Origin: Cycas panzhihuaensis
Lineage: Eukaryota > Plantae > Cycadophyta
NCBI GenBank assembly: GCA_023213395.1
Contig: CM041465.1
Location: 3,906,001 to 3,970,000, forward strand
Reading direction: 5' to 3'
Length of the DNA stretch: 64,000 bases
A program made the translations under genes and the position numbers. This document shows positions 63,301 through 64,000 of this stretch, piece by piece. How positions within the stretch are numbered: position 1 is the first letter of the stretch; each line of letters opens with the position of its first letter. The notes below the pieces were generated by a model. The model saw only the letters and a list, made by a program, of their open reading frames with translations, did no database searches and was not told where the DNA came from.

Positions 63301-64000
63301 TCGGCTCGGCATTGCTCAACATTCGTGTGACTAATTAATGTGTCGCATTCAAAGATTTGTCTAATACACTTCCAACATCTTCGCCCGTGCTCATTATTAA
63401 TGTTGCGTTCAGCATTCGGCACCCTTTTCAGCATTCATCCCTTTTAGTATATATATTTAATCGTGCATAAACGTTTTATATATTCCCAGCTGATGTTTGT
63501 TTGGTATTTTTTGTTGTTTTGACAACTGCGACAACGTATTGGTGGCTACGACATTTTTTTTGAAATCTTCTTATGGTCTTATTTTTATAAAGTTAAAAAT
63601 TTAATTATATTTTATAAATTTTTGAATCCAAATTTAAAATAACACTAGGCCCCTCTAAATCTCAGCCCCTAGTCTCATTTCACCATCATGTGACTGCTAG
63701 TCACTTCCAAAAAAAGGTTTTTCATGTTTTTATAAACGTTTTCATTTTTTTTATTTTTTATTTTTTATTTTTTATAGGGTTATTAGAGGCTTTTTGCCAT
63801 AAATCTTCACTGGAGCATCAGTTTCTGACAAAAACACCTCCACTAGATCAAAAATTTTCTATACACTAATTTTGACTGGTCATATGACCAATTTAGTGCC
63901 GATTTGACCCTGTTTCGGCCATTTAACATCAGGCATTCAAATTTTCAGCCTTTTTTACACTTTTAACAAAATCGCTTTTAGAACTAGCTGTAATTTATTA
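60369..64000 (+). mobile_element. LTR element inserted into the Tork integrase: 403-bp LTR 60369-60771, doubled PBS, long leader with no gag/pol in the window
   Basis: TGTTGGAG...TTCTAACA-TT-TGGTATCAGAGC (60774-60785), and a second CATTTGGTATCAGAG at 60811-60825. The host reading frame is cut at IKC, just before the expected LRxDNG. Confidence 0.8.
61666..61686. repeat. (TA)n microsatellite
   Basis: ~10 TA units. Confidence 0.9.

Noticed and set aside
1-64000. Assigning the host species (for example a low-GC gymnosperm)
   Set aside because: Composition and TE types are suggestive only; there is no diagnostic gene in the window.

Overview
AT-rich (roughly 30% GC by eye) eukaryotic heterochromatin-like DNA, almost certainly from a large-genome land plant; the species cannot be determined here. 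I find no host gene, tRNA, rRNA or true CRISPR array. The window is a multi-layer nest of retroelements. It holds at least eight Ty1/copia copies or fragments, including one young full-length copy at 11190-18729 (298-bp LTRs differing at 4 sites, GACAC target-site duplication). It also holds two Ty3/gypsy elements (one with a Tat-like pol, one assigned by architecture) that each carry a decayed antisense Plant Mobile Domain (PMD)-like gene, a non-autonomous chromovirus-type element, a 5'-truncated RNase H-bearing L1 LINE, and an old ~4.3-kb tandem duplication. Old copies are riddled with C>T/G>A changes. The most unusual non-coding signals are: (i) a repeat/variable-spacer hairpin array (54700-55030) whose core motif recurs in the other PMD-carrying element (29135-29510); (ii) clustered short motifs in the LTR and intron of the PMD elements; (iii) long, highly base-paired RNA domains in copia 5' leaders, one of them conserved between two diverged copies; (iv) tandemly iterated primer-binding sites (PBS). 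All coordinates were read by eye; boundaries without a TSD are approximate.
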